Assembly: GCA_964016885.1 (NCBI GenBank)
Contig: OZ024743.1
Span: 182,404,001 to 182,468,000 of the forward strand
Direction: 5' to 3'
DNA: 64,000 nucleotides
DNA from: Eledone cirrhosa
Lineage: Eukaryota
In this document: positions 24,762-39,573 of the stretch, piece by piece
Numbering within the stretch: position 1 is the stretch's first letter
Layout of the letters: each line of letters starts with the position of its first letter
Notes under the pieces: generated by a model
What the model was told of the DNA's origin: nothing
Seen by the model: the letters and a program-made list of their open reading frames with translations, nothing else
The model's database searches: none
Position numbers and translations under genes: made by a program

Positions 24762-27700
24762 GTGGACCAATCATAAGCCAGAGGCCTATACTATCGCTTA
24801 CCTGGTCGCCTTCGAGAAGTAGGATGGAAGGACTACGGAGTTCCGGAGAGTTGAAGAGAGAAAAACCTGGATGCTCAGCGACAATGCCAAAGTTAAAGAC
24901 AAACACACCTCGTGGACGAGAATGCGAGCATGCCTCTTTGTTTTCGGCTGCGGATGGCTAACATAACCCCCCCCCCCCCCCGCTCCCCACCTTTCCCACC
25001 CCCCAAACGCAATCCAAAACTTCAGATTTGGTACCTTGAATGTAGGCACCTTAAAGGGTCGCTCTAACGAGGTTGTAGAAATGCTTGAACGTAAGGAGGT
25101 CGATGTTTGTTGTATTTAAGAGACCAGGTGGAGGGGTGGATCCGCTAGATTCATTGTGGGTAGAAAACGATGCTATAAGCTTTTCTGGGTGGGAAACGAC
25201 AATGGGCTGGGTGGAGTAGGAATCATGGTAGCAGAAAAGTGGGCAGATAAGATAATAGACGTAAATAGAGTGAACGACAGAATAATTAAAATAAGACTTG
25301 TCCTCAATAGAACTACGGTGACAGTAATATCCGCGTACGCACCCCAATCCGGACTGCCCAGCACTATAAAAGACAGATTCTATGAGACACTGATGCTCAC
25401 TACCTCCCAAATAACCGACAGTGACTATATAATTATTGCAGGCGACCTAAACGGTCACGTTGGACAACATTGTGACGGCTACGACGAAATCCATGGAGGC
25501 TATGGGTTTGGTACTAGAAATGAGGAAGGCTCCAGAATCCTGGAATTCTGCGCCGCAAATAACCTAACTATCTGCAACACTAACTTCAAAAAACGAGACA
25601 ATCACTTGATGACCTACAGATCAGGGGAACATACCAGCCAGGTAGATTATAACGTTACCAGAAGACGTGACAAAGTGACTGTTGTAAACACTAAATCCCT
25701 CCCCCATGAAGAATGCACCTCCCAACATAGACTGATAATTAGCGACCTAATAGTCAGGACGAGACGTACTAGACAACAGAAGAGGACTATCCTCAGGAGA
25801 AAAATATGGAAGCTAAAGGACCCCACAGCCAAAAATAAATTCCAAAGCATATTACTTGATGCTTTCGACAGTGAGGAAGAGCAATTAGAGTCAGTCGTAC
25901 AAGGTAGAGGAACAGTGGGAATTCCTGAAAGCAAACCTGCTGACGGCGGCAGACGAAGTCTGTGGCTAGAGCAGGCCTGTAGGCAGGAGGAGAGTAACAT
26001 GGTGGTGGAACAGTAAGGTGGAGGGGTCAATTAAGGCCAAAAAGCAGGCTTGGAAAGTATGGCGGGATGGGGGAAGCAGAGAAGACTATCAAGTGGCCAG
26101 GAGGGAAGCTAGGAAGGGAAGCAGAGGAAAGAAAGTTCAAGCATGTTCTACAACGTGAGGACCAAAAACGTCAGGTGTTCAGGATTGCTAGGCAATGTGT
26201 CAAGGAAAACAGTGATATTGTCGGGGAGAAGTGTGTACTTAACGATGACGGCGTACTTGCCATCACCGACGCTGATAAGAAGGTAGCTTGGAAGTGTCAC
26301 TATGAAAGGCTACTAAATGAGGAGAATAAATGGGAGAAAGACAGTCTCCCCCACATCGACCCAATAGAGGGACCAGCAGTGTTACTCGAGGGTAGTATAA
26401 TAAGTAAGGCAATCAAAGATATGAAGACGGGCAAGGCGGCTGGGCCTTCGGAAATAGTTGCCGAGATGCTGAAGGCATCTGGTACGGTGGGACACACCAT
26501 GGTCACCTGGATAGTCAACCAAGTCATACAGAATGGGGTTGTTCCGAAGGACTGGCGTAGCAGCATCATCGTTAACTGTTATAAGGGTAAAGGAGATGCC
26601 CTAGATAGGAGTAACTATAGAGGCATTAAATTAATCGACCAGGTCATGAAGGTCACGGAAAAAGTAATAGCGCAACTAATCAGAGAGCGAATTGATCTAG
26701 ATGAAATGCAGTTCGGGTTTGTGTCAGGAAAAAGTACCACAGACGCTCTTTTCATTGTACGACAACTACAGGAGAAGTACCTAGCTAAAAGTAAACCCCT
26801 ATACTTAGCTTTCGTCGACTTGGAGAAGGCCTTCGACAGTGTCCCCCGTTCCATTATCTGGTGGGCTCTTAGAAAACTAGGTGTTGATGAATGGCTTGTG
26901 AGAGCTATACAAGCCATGTATAAAGAAACAGTCAGCAAGGTTAGAATTAACAACGAATATAGTGAAGAGTTTAGTGTAAAAGTTGGTGTTCATCAGGGCT
27001 CTGTTCTTAGCCCCCTACTATTTATTATTGCCCTCCAGGCTATAACAGTGGAGTTCAAGACCGGCTGCCCATGGGAACTCCTATACGCAGATGATCTAAC
27101 GCTCATAGCTGAATTAATGGCCGAGCTAGAGAAGAAATTCCAAAAATGGAAGCACGGCCTAGAATCAAAAGGCCTTAAAATTAACCTGGCTAAGACTAAA
27201 GTTCTAGTTTGTAAGAAAGAAAATAAGGCGGCGGTCCCCTCCGGGAAGTGGCCATGCGCAGAGTGTAGGAAAGGCGTAGGTAGAAATTCCATTTTGTGTC
27301 CCAAATGCAAAGTTTGGGTGCATAAAAGATGTAGTGGGATCACAGGTAAGCTAACTAAGAACATAGATTTTACATGTGGCCGGTGTTCTGGGGCAATAAG
27401 TAGCAGCAAGTGCCCACAAAATACTAGCTCTTTCAACTGCGCAGAGGGTTCTATAGAAATAGTGGACAGCTTCCATTACCTGGGTGACAAAATCAGCAGT
27501 GGGGGAGGGTGCTAGAGTCAGAACTGGGTGGAAAAAGTTCAGAGAGCTTATACCACTATTAGCCGCTAAAGGGTTCTCCCTAAAAATGAAAGGCAGGTTG
27601 TACGATGCCTGCATACGAACAGCAATGTTGCATGGCAGTGAGACCTGGGCATTGTGTGCAGAGGATATATGCAGACTAGAGAGAAACGAAGCTTGCATGC

Positions 27701-28401
27701 TCCGCTGGATGTGTAATAGTAATATACGTGAACGACAAAGCATAAACGAACTAAGGAAAAAATTAGAAATAAGAGGGATCAGATGTTGTTTACTCGAGAG
27801 AAGGCTACGTTGGTATGGTCACGTGATGCGCATGAAGGACGATAGCTGTATAACAAAGTGCAGGGCAATAAAGATAGACGGTAGCCACGGAATAGGCAGA
27901 CCCAGAAAAACCTGGGACGAGCTGATAAACTCCGACCTCACACACTTACACCTCACCAAGACAATGTCACTGGACCGAGACCTTTGGCGGTACTCAGTAA
28001 TAGAGAAGACCCGCCTTACCTAAATACAAAGTAAAAACCTACTACAGTCAGTAGGCATCTCTAACAAAATACACCCGCCGTCCCACCCACCCCACCGCCC
28101 CCTTCTATGTAAAGTTATGTTGGTACCACACCATCCAGGCCGAAACAAATGAGATCGTGTAGGTGTCACGACAAAAAAACACACAGTCCACGCTGTAATG
28201 TGGCCGTGTAGGCAACACGGTAAAAACCTCCCAGCCCCACACTGTAAATGTGGTTGGTGTTAGGAAGGGCATCCAACTGTAGAAAACCTGCCAGACAGTC
28301 CTATGCGAGCAAGACAACCACTCTTGCCTCAAGTGGGAAAACCCCCGTCCAAACCCATGCAAGCGTGGAACACGGACGTTAAACGTTGATGATGATGATG
28401 A
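24762..28401 (+). mobile_element. RTE LINE family A, near full length
   Basis: Putative 5' UTR, APE start FRFGTLNVGTL at ~25021, ORFs 25156-26016, 26067-27515 and 27484-28023, ~380-bp 3' UTR and (GAT)n tail. Confidence 0.95.
24954..28023 (+). pseudogene. APE endonuclease-RT polyprotein with PHD-like finger; one stop and several frameshifts
   Basis: SAYAP, GDLNGHVG, QHRLI, AFVDLEKAFD, QGSVLSP, YADD, C4HC3 finger, FHYLG, RWYGHV. Confidence 0.92.
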
Positions 28402-28507
28402 TATATATAATATATATATATAATATATATAATATATATATATATATATTATATATAATATATATATAATATATATATAATATATATATAATATATATAA
28501 TATATAT

Positions 28508-28560
<53 letters not shown>

Positions 28561-28661
28561 ATATATATATATATTATAGTAGGTGAGTTTTATTGTAGTA
28601 CAATAAAGCAATGCAGATATCGGATAAGAAGCACTCTACAGTTTGTAGGACTGGAGTATAC

Positions 28662-29164
<503 letters not shown>

Positions 29165-29168
29165 TATA

Positions 29169-29291
29169 TAGCAACACGTGGTTGTGTGTTGCTGCTGACT
29201 CTAGCAGAGCCCAAGCAATATAATATATATATATATATATATTGCTTGGGCTCTGCTAGAGTCAGCAGCAACACACAACCACGTGTTGCTA
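29169..29291. repeat. Perfect palindrome (~50-bp unique arms) centred on (TA)n
   Basis: tagcaacacgtggttgtgtgttgctgctgactctagcagagcccaagcaata and its reverse complement. Confidence 0.92.
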
Positions 29292-29430
29292 CACACACAC
29301 ACAAGAGGAAAGAGAAAATTTAAAATTTATGAGACCAATAGAGATATGTACATTTATATATTTATATCTAGATATTGCTATTATCATTTACAGTCCCTCT
29401 GTGTTTAATGTATGTTCATTAGTATATGTG

Positions 29431-29729
29431 TTGTTATTTCTGCTTGCATTTTGCATATATATATATCTATATATATCTATATATATGCTTGCGTGGACCC
29501 CCTCTCAAAAATTCGTTGGATTTTCTAATTGGATACCCTAACACTGGATACCAACACTGAATACACCTGAACTTCTACCAGGAAATCTTTCGTTGTTATT
29601 TCTGCTTGCATTTTACATATATACATATATATATCAATGCTTGCGTGGACCCCTCTTAAAGATTCGTTGGATTTTCTAATTGGATACCAATCACTGAATA
29701 CACCTGAACTTCTACCAGGAAATCTTTCA
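29431..29729. repeat. Tandem direct duplication (~140-160 bp)
   Basis: gttgttatttctgcttgcatttt..gcttgcgtggacccc..cactgaatacacctgaacttctaccaggaaatctttc occurs twice. Confidence 0.8.
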
Positions 29730-30610
29730 TATCAGTGAAAATTTTCTTTTCTTTGCTTCATATATATATATTATATATACTTGTCCGCCATTGCAAAAGG
29801 CCATAAATTCAAAATTTTGAAGAGAGGAAAAGAGAGAAGTGATCTATGAACTTGTAACATCTCACTGATCCCCCCGTCACCACAATAACAATAACGCCTA
29901 CACTCGCTCCCCACCATCACCACATTACTCTAAGGTCGCTGTCCTGTCCCCTGTTGACTTACTGCTGACTCTCTTTTGATGTATGTATGTGTATATACAT
30001 ATGTGTATGTGTGTGTATATGTATATCTCAGTGGATGCGACCAGATTTCAACACAGCAACAACTACAACAACAACAGCAGCAACACCAACAACAACAACA
30101 ACAGCAACAACACCATCGTCTGTGTTGAATGTGTGTGTGTGTATGTATTTGTATATATGCGACAGCAATAACACCATTGTCTACAGCAGCAGTGAAATGA
30201 AGGACAACAACAACAGCAACAACTACAATAACAACTACAGCACCAACAACTGCCACCACCATCACTGACCATCCACCACCACCACACTGATACCATCCAC
30301 CACCCCCACATTGACACCATCCACCACCGCCATTACCAGCGTAAAGCAAACAATTATTATTGTTATTGTTATTATATACAAGCCGAACTGGACTGGGAAA
30401 GGTCAACAGTTGACATGATAGTGATTTTGACGATTTTGATTTTGATTTTGAATCAGTACTGTCGGTAATATATGTATATATATGTGTTAGTGAGTGGTGT
30501 GTGTGATTGTATGCATGAATGAGTGTTGGTATGTGTGGTTGTGGTTTGTATGCATGAGTATTGGTGTGTGAGTCGTGTCAATAAGTTTTTTTTTTTTTTT
30601 TTTTTTTTTT

Positions 30611-33600
30611 AAATGACCATTCTGTAAAATGGAGGGGTAGAGAGGGCCCTTGAGTCTAGTAAGACATCCTCTCTAGTGCTGGTGGCACAAATAAAAGCAC
30701 CCAGTCCATGCTGTAAAGTGGCGCTGGTGTTAGGAAGGGCATCCAGCCAGTGTATCAATGCCAAAAAGCTTATCAGCACAGCAACAAAACAGCATAGGAA
30801 CAACAACAAAATATGAAGACGTCGCATCTCAGAGTTGCAACACTTAATGTTGGCACTCTCAGAGGTAGATCTGCTGAAATAGCGGAGATGCTGGAGAGAA
30901 GGCAGGTGGATGTGTGCTGCGTGCAAGAGGTGAGGTGGAGAGGTGCCTCTGCGAGACTAGTCGTAGGCAAGCGTCTTAGCTATAAGCTATTCTGGGTAGG
31001 TAAGGATGATGGGTTAGGGGGAGTAGGCATTTTCCTGGCTGAGAAATGGATCAATAAGACAATAGAGGTAGTTCGAGTTAGTAATCGAATAATTAAGCTT
31101 AGATTAGTTGTAGGTAGGAGACTACTGACAATCATCTCGGTCTATGCTCCCCAAGCAGGCCTAGGCAAAGATGAGAAAGACTGCTTTTATGAGCAACTTT
31201 TGCAAACAACCACAATGACAGAGGACGGAGACATCGTTATGCTAGCAGGAGACTTCAATGGTCATGTTGGACAGCTCCAGGATGGTTACACTGGGGTACA
31301 TGGTGGGCGCGGTTACGGTTCAAGAAATGAAGAAGGAGTGAGACTTCTTGAATTTTGTGATGCAAGTACATTGACTATTTGCAACACAAACTTCCAGAAA
31401 CCTGCCAATCACCTAATAACCTACAAATCTGGTGAGCACATAAGCCAGATTGACTTCCTGCTAGTTAGGCAGTGGGACAGGCAGATAGTGTCTAATACCA
31501 AGGCATACCCTGGGGAAGAATGTACCCCACAGCATAGGTTAGTTGTTAGTGATATCTCAGTAAGCAAGAGATGGAATGAGACATATAGGAAGGTGTGGAG
31601 AAGAAAGGTCTGGAAGCTAAAAGACCTTTCACTAAAATTAAAATTTAGGAAAGCCCTTCAAGATGTATATGACGAAAAAGAAGACGATTTAGAGACGTAT
31701 GACATAGATAATAACTGGAAGTTCTTACGTGACAACTTGCTGCAGGCTACTGATGAAACCTGTGGCTGGAGCTGAGCTCCAACCAGACAGAGAGTGACCT
31801 GGTGGTGGAACAGCACAGTAGATAAGGCTATTAGAGACAAAAGACTAGCATGGAAGGCTTGGAAAAAAAAAAAAAAAAAAAAAAAGGGTGGGAGTAGGGA
31901 AGAATATACAGCCACTAAGAGAGAAGCTAGACGTCAGGTGTACTTAGCACGCAGGGAGGCAGAGAGTAGGAGGTTTGCCAATGTTCTGCGACGGGAAGAT
32001 CAGAGGCGTGCGGTGTTCCACATTGCAAGGCAGTGTGTCAATGCAAATCAGGATGTTGTTGGAGATAAATGTGTTCGGGATGATGCCGGTGTACTTAGTG
32101 TCACGAATGACCAGAAAAAAGAGGCCTGGAAATGTCATTATGAGAGACTGATGAATGTGGAGAACGAATGGGAGAGAGAGAAATTACCCTTGGTAGATCC
32201 GACAGAGGGACCAGCTATTGAGATTGACGAATATAGGGTCCAAGAGGCGATTAGGGAAATGAAAAATGGTAAGGCGGCCGGACCATCGGGAATAGTTGCT
32301 GAGATGCTGAAGGCATCAGGGGACGTAGGCACTAAACTGGTTGCACGCATCATCAATCAGGCTATATATGGTGGTGTCATACCCAAAGACTGGTGCAGCA
32401 GTATTCTCATAAATTGCTACAAAGGTAAAGGGGTATAAAACTGATAGATCAGGTTATGAAAGTGGCAGAAAGGATTTTAGCACAACTAATTAGAGAAAGG
32501 GTCAAACTAGATGAGATGCAGTTTGGTTTTGTGCCTGGGAAGAGTACAACAGATGCCCTCTTCTTGGTGAGACAAATGCAAGAGAGGTTCTTGGAGAAGA
32601 ATAAGCCACTATACTTAGCCTTTGTTGACCTAGAGAAGGCCTTTGATAGGGTACCCCGATCTGTCATCTGGTGGTCCCTAAGGAAGCTAGGTGTTGAGGA
32701 ATGGCTTGTGAGGACAGTGCAAACTTTGTACAGAGGTACTCTCAGTAAAGTCAGGGTAGGAATGGAGTTTAGTGAGAAATTCCAGATACAAGTAGGAGTA
32801 CATCAGGGTTCGGTCCTCAGCCCGCTCTTGTTCATTATAGTCCTCCAAGCCATAACAGAGGAGTTTAAGACTGGCTGTCCATGGGAACTTCTCTATGCTG
32901 ACGATCTGGCTCTTATAGCAGAATCAGTAGAGGAGCTAGAGAATAAATTCCGGCTATGGAAACAGCAGTTGGAAGCAAGAGGACTGAGAGTAAATCTAGC
33001 TAAGACAAAAGTGTTGATGAGTAGAAAAGAGGACAAAACCCTGATTCCGTCAGGGAAATGGCCATGTTCGATATGCAGAAAAGGAACTGGCATAAATTCT
33101 ATAAAATGCACACAATGCAGGTCCTGGGTACACAAGAGATGTAGCGGGATAGCAGGCAAACTAACAGGTAGGGAGAAATATGTATGCAGTAGATGTACAG
33201 GGAAATTAGACAGTAGAAGTCGCACTGATAGACACATTTTTCAAATGCGAGAGGGCGATATAGAAGTGGTGGATAGCTTCCGGTACCTAGATCAGATTAG
33301 CATGGGAGGAGGGTGTTCCGAGGCCATAGTATCTAGAATAAGGATGGGTTGGAAGAAGTTTAGGGAGCTGCTTCCTCTGTTGACGAAGAAGGGTTTCTCC
33401 CTGCGTACGAAAGGCCGGTTGTATGATGCCTGTGTGAGGAGTGCGATGCTGCATGGTAGTGAGACATGGGCAGCAACCGCAGAGGATATGCGACGGCTGG
33501 AGAGAAATGAGGCAAGCATGCTCCGTTGGATGTGCGTGAACAACCCAGCATAAATGTGTTGAGAGAGAAACTGTGTCTGAGAGGGATAGAATGTAGTGTA

Positions 33601-33811
33601 CGGGAGAGGAGACTGAGGTGGTATGGACATGTGATGCGCGTGGAGGATGACCGATGGGTGAAGAAGTGCCAGGAAATGCCAGTTGAAGGAAGACGTGGTA
33701 GAGGTAGACCACGAAAAACATGGGCGGAGGTGGTGAGAACAGACCTCAGATCATTGAAGCTCACGGTGGAGATGACGAGGGACCGTGACGAGTGGGGAGA
33801 TGCTGTGCTGA
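30611..33811 (+). mobile_element. RTE LINE family B, near full length, lacking its own tail
   Basis: Structured 5' UTR and ATG at 30813 (MKTSHLRVATLNVGTL). ORFs 30813-31775, 31794-32438, 32456-33553 and 33526-33831 give APE, RT (YADD) and a PHD-like finger; clearly diverged from family A. Confidence 0.93.
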
Positions 33812-34151
33812 ATAAACAAATAAATAATTGAACATAAACACACACAGACACCCGGATGTGGCGCATGCGCTGACTGAGCACACAACACACACACAGAAAC
33901 AAAATGGCGTAGGACAGAACAAAGGAGAGGCACAGAAACAAAGAAAGGAATCCCCAGTCACTGAAGAGGTCACAGAGTGTGTGACGAAAGAACTATGACT
34001 ATATATAAACAACTATCTGGTTGTGGAACCAACCAACCAACCAGAAATTTATAAATTTATTATAAATTTATTATAAATTTATTTTAATAAATTGAAGTGA
34101 AAGCAACTGGTGCGTGTGTTTCTTATTGGCAACATGACCCTCCCAAAGTAT

Positions 34152-34155
<4 letters not shown>
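33812..34155 (+). mobile_element. PLE-type pLTR with hammerhead, fused to the RTE-B C-terminus
   Basis: Hammerhead at 33956-34000, AATAAA downstream, ends at (TA)n; homologous to 57147-57420 on the minus strand. Confidence 0.72.
33956..34000 (+). ncRNA. Minimal type I hammerhead ribozyme
   Basis: AGTCA-CTGAAGA-G-GTCAC agagtgt GTGAC-GAAA-GAAC-TA-TGACT. Confidence 0.75.
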
Positions 34156-34201
<46 letters not shown>

Positions 34202-34202
<1 letters not shown>

Positions 34203-35532
34203 CATCATCATCATCAACGTTTAACGTCTGTGTTCCACGCTTGCAAGGGTTTGGACGAGGGTTATCCCACTTGAGGCAAGAGTGATTATCTTGCTCGCAT
34301 AGGACTATCTGGCGGGTTTTCTACAGCTGGATGCCCTTCCTAACACCAACCACATTTACAGTGTGGGGCTGGGAGGTTTTTACCGTGTTGCCTACACGGC
34401 CACATGACAGCGTGGACTGTCTGGCGGGTTTTCTACAGCTGGATGCCCTTCCTAACACCAACCACATTTACAGTGTGGGGCTGGGAGGTTTTTACCGTGT
34501 TGCCTACACGGCCACATTACAGCGTGGACTGTGTGTTTTTTTGTCGTGACACCTACACAATCTCATTTGTTTCGGCCTGGATGTTGTGGCACCAACATAA
34601 ACTATACATTGAAAGGGGCGGTGTGGATGGGGTGGGGGTGGTGGGACGGTGGTGTATTTTGTTAGAGATGCCTACTGACTGTAGTAGGTTTTACTTTGTA
34701 TTTAGGTAAGGCGGGTCTTCTCTATTACTGAGTACCGCCAAAGGTCTCGGTCCAGTGACATTGTCTTGGAGAGGTGTGTGTGAGGTCGGAATTTATCAGC
34801 TCATCCCAGGTTTTTCTGGGTCTGCCTACTCCGTGGCTACCGTCTATCTTTATTGCCCTGCACTTTGTTATACAGCTATCGTCTTTCATGCGCATCACGT
34901 GACCATACCAACGTAGCCTTCTCTCGAGTAAACAACATCTGATCCCTCTTATTTCTAATTTTTTCCTTAGTTCGTTTATGCTTTGCCGTTGACGTATATT
35001 ACTATTACACATCCAGCGGGGCATGCAAGCTTCGTTCCTCTCTCGTCTGCGTATATCCTCTGCACACAATGCCCAGGTCTCACTGCCATGCAACATTGCT
35101 GTTCGTATGCAGGCATCATACAGCCTGCCTTTCATTTTTAGGGAGAACCCTTTAGCGGCTAATAGTGGTATAAGCTCTCTGAACTTTTTCCATCCAGTTC
35201 TGACTCTAGCTACTGTACTTTCAGAGCACCCTCCCCCACTGCTGATTTTGTCACCCAGGTAACGGAAGCTGTCCACTATTTCTATAGAACCCTCTGTGCA
35301 GTTGAAAGAGCTAGTGTTTTGTGGGCACTGTAATGTGGCCATGTAGGCAACACGGTAAAAACCTCCCAGCCCCACACTGTAAATGTGGTTGGTGTTAGGA
35401 AGGGCATCCAGCTGTAGAAAACCCGCCAGATAGTCCTATGCGAGCAAGGTAACCACTCTTGCCTCAAGTGGGAAAACCCTCCGCCCAAACCCGTGCAAGC
35501 GTGGAACACGGACGTTAAACGATGATGATGAT
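34202..35532 (-). mobile_element. RTE LINE family A 3' fragment with an inverted second tail
   Basis: Minus-strand copy 34202-35328 (ORF 34725-35375) is joined directly to a plus-strand 3' UTR at 35327-35532 that ends in (GAT)n. Confidence 0.9.
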
Positions 35533-35699
35533 ATATATATAATATATATATAATATATATATATATAATATATATATATAATATATATATATAATATATA
35601 TATATATATAATATATATATATAATATATATATATATAATATATATATATAATATATATATATATAATATATATATATATAATATATATATATATATAT

Positions 35700-35899
35700 A
35701 ACGAAGGAAATGTGGTAAGGAACCAGGTGGACCATAACGCGCCAAAGTACTCAATACTTGAGGTAGTAGAGTGGGTCATAGGAACCAGTAAGACCCCGAC
35801 AGCTGAGCTCAAGCCGTTTCGAAAGGCTAATTCTGGACTCTAGTCCAGAATTAGCCATCGAAACGGCTTGAGCTCAGCTGTCGGGGTCTTACTGGTTCC

Positions 35900-35902
<3 letters not shown>
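35700..35902. mobile_element. Fold-back fragment (palindrome 35778-35902) with the 3' half of a hammerhead
   Basis: ~60-bp arms containing cGAAA-CGGC ttgagctca GCTG-TC-gggg (stem III plus GUC triplet); flanked by (TA)n. Confidence 0.65.
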
Positions 35903-35931
<29 letters not shown>

Positions 35932-36089
35932 ATTATATATATATATTATATATATATATTATATATATATATTATATATATATATTATATATATATATCA
36001 TATATATATATTATATATATATATTATATATATATATCATATATATATATTATATATATATATTATATATTATATATATATATATATAT

Positions 36090-36124
<35 letters not shown>

Positions 36125-36140
36125 ATATATTATATATATA

Positions 36141-36187
<47 letters not shown>

Positions 36188-36219
36188 ATATATATTATAT
36201 ATTATATATATATATTATA

Positions 36220-36259
<40 letters not shown>

Positions 36260-36286
36260 GTATATATATATATATATATTATATAG

Positions 36287-36317
<31 letters not shown>

Positions 36318-36563
36318 ATATATATATATTATATATATATTATATATATAATATATATATTATATATATATATTATATATATATATTATATATATATTAT
36401 ATATATATATATATTATATATATATATATTATTATATATATATATTATATATATATTATATATATATATATATTATATATATATATATTATATATATATA
36501 TATATTATATATATATATATATATTATATATATATATATTATATATATATATATATTATATAT

Positions 36564-36596
<33 letters not shown>

Positions 36597-36755
36597 ATAT
36601 ATATATATATATATATTATATAGTATATATATATATATATTATATAGTATATATATATATATATTATATATATTATATATATATATATATTATATATATT
36701 ATATATATATATATTATATATATATATTATATATATATATACATTATATATATAT

Positions 36756-36786
<31 letters not shown>

Positions 36787-37052
36787 ATATATATATATAT
36801 ATATGTATATTATATATATATTATATATATAATATATATATTATATATATATTATATATATATATATTATATATATTATATATATATATATATATTATAT
36901 ATATATATATTATATATATATTATATATATATTATATATATATTATATATATATTATATATATATTATATATATAATATATATATTATATATATATTATA
37001 TATATATATATTATATATATATATTATATATATTATATATATATATATATAT

Positions 37053-37083
<31 letters not shown>

Positions 37084-37228
37084 ATATATATATTATATAT
37101 ATAATATATATATTATATATATGTCATATATATAATATATATATTATATATATATTATATATATATTATATATATAATATATATATTATATATATGTCAT
37201 ATATATAATATATATATTATATATATAT

Positions 37229-37261
<33 letters not shown>

Positions 37262-37857
37262 ATATATATATTATATATATAATATATATATTATATATAT
37301 ATTATATATATAATATATATATTATATATATAATATATATATATATTATATATATAATAAATATATAATATATATATATATTATATATATAATATATATA
37401 TTATATATATATTATATATATAATATATATATTATATATATATATTATATATATAATATATATATTATATATATATATTATATATATAATAAATATATAA
37501 TATATATATATATTATATATATAATATATATATAATATATATATATATTATATGTATAATATATATATATAATATATATATATATATTATATGTATAATA
37601 TATATATATATAATATATTATATATATATTATATATATAATATATATAATATATATATATATATATTATATATATAATATATATATATTATATATATAAT
37701 ATATATATATGTATATTATATATATAATATATATTATATATATAATATATATATTATATATAATATATATATATATATATTATATATATATTATATATAT
37801 AATATATATATATATTATATATATAATATATATATATATATATTATATATATAATAT

Positions 37858-37900
<43 letters not shown>

Positions 37901-38564
37901 ATATATATAATATATATATATATTATATATATAATATATATATATATATATTATATGTATAATATATATATTATATATATAATATATATATAATATATAT
38001 ATAACATATATATTATATATATAATATATATATATAATATATATATTATATATATATATATTATATATATAATATATATATTATATATATAATATATATA
38101 TAATATATATATAACATATATATTATATATATAATATATATATATAATATATATATTATATATATATATATTATATATATAATATATATATTATATATAT
38201 AATATATATATATAATATATATATTATATATATATATATTATATATATAATATATATATTATATATATAATATATATATATATATATAATATATATATAT
38301 ATATATAATATATATATATATAATATATATTATATATATATAATATATATATATATATATAATATATATTATATATATAATATATATTATATATATAATA
38401 TATATTATATATATAATATATATATATATTATATATATAATATATATTATATATATATATTATATATATAATATATATTATATATATATATTATATATAT
38501 AATATATATTATATATATATATTATATATATAATATATATTATATATATAATATATACTTATAT

Positions 38565-38614
<50 letters not shown>

Positions 38615-38863
38615 ATATATATATTATATATATAACATATATATAATATATATATATATATATTATATATATATTATATATATATTATATATATTATATA
38701 TTATATATATAACATATATATAATATATATATATATATATTATATATATATTATATATATATTATATATATAATATATATATTATATATATATATATATA
38801 TTATATATATATATATATTATATATATATATATAATATATATATATATATATTATATATATAT

Positions 38864-38907
<44 letters not shown>

Positions 38908-39228
38908 TTTATATTATATGTATAATATATATATATATATATATTATATATATAATATATATAATATATATATATATTATATATATAATATATATATATA
39001 TATTATATATATAATATATATATATAATATATATATATATAATATATATATTATATATATATATATATTATATATATATATTATATATATATATATATTA
39101 TATATATATATTATATATATAATATATATATATATATATTATATATATAATATATATATATATTATATATATTATATATATAATATATATATATATTATA
39201 TATATAATATATATAATATATATATATT

Positions 39229-39260
<32 letters not shown>

Positions 39261-39279
39261 ATATATATATATATATATT

Positions 39280-39354
<75 letters not shown>

Positions 39355-39396
39355 ATATATATATAATATATATATATATTATATATATAATATAAA

Positions 39397-39436
<40 letters not shown>

Positions 39437-39537
39437 TATATATAATATATATATATAATTATATATATAATATATATATATAATATATATATATATATAT
39501 AATATATATATATATATAATATATATATATATAATAT

Positions 39538-39569
<32 letters not shown>

Positions 39570-39573
39570 ATAT
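35903..39573. repeat. ~3.7-kb interrupted (TA)n tract
   Basis: Almost only A/T, with TT and AA phase breaks. Confidence 0.95.

Noticed and set aside
29930-30406. Cys/Gly/Thr/Asn-rich ORFs
   Set aside because: Derived from (CAA)n, (CAG)n and (CCA)n simple repeats.
31863-31885. Poly-lysine tract in the RTE-B ORF
   Set aside because: An A-run expansion or insertion in a copy that already has a stop and frameshifts; absent from family A.
33812-34155. Solo LTR of an LTR retrotransposon (TATA-like box, AATAAA, ends in CA)
   Set aside because: No TG start, TSD, PBS or PPT. The hammerhead and the GIY-YIG-linked homolog at 57147 favour a PLE pLTR.
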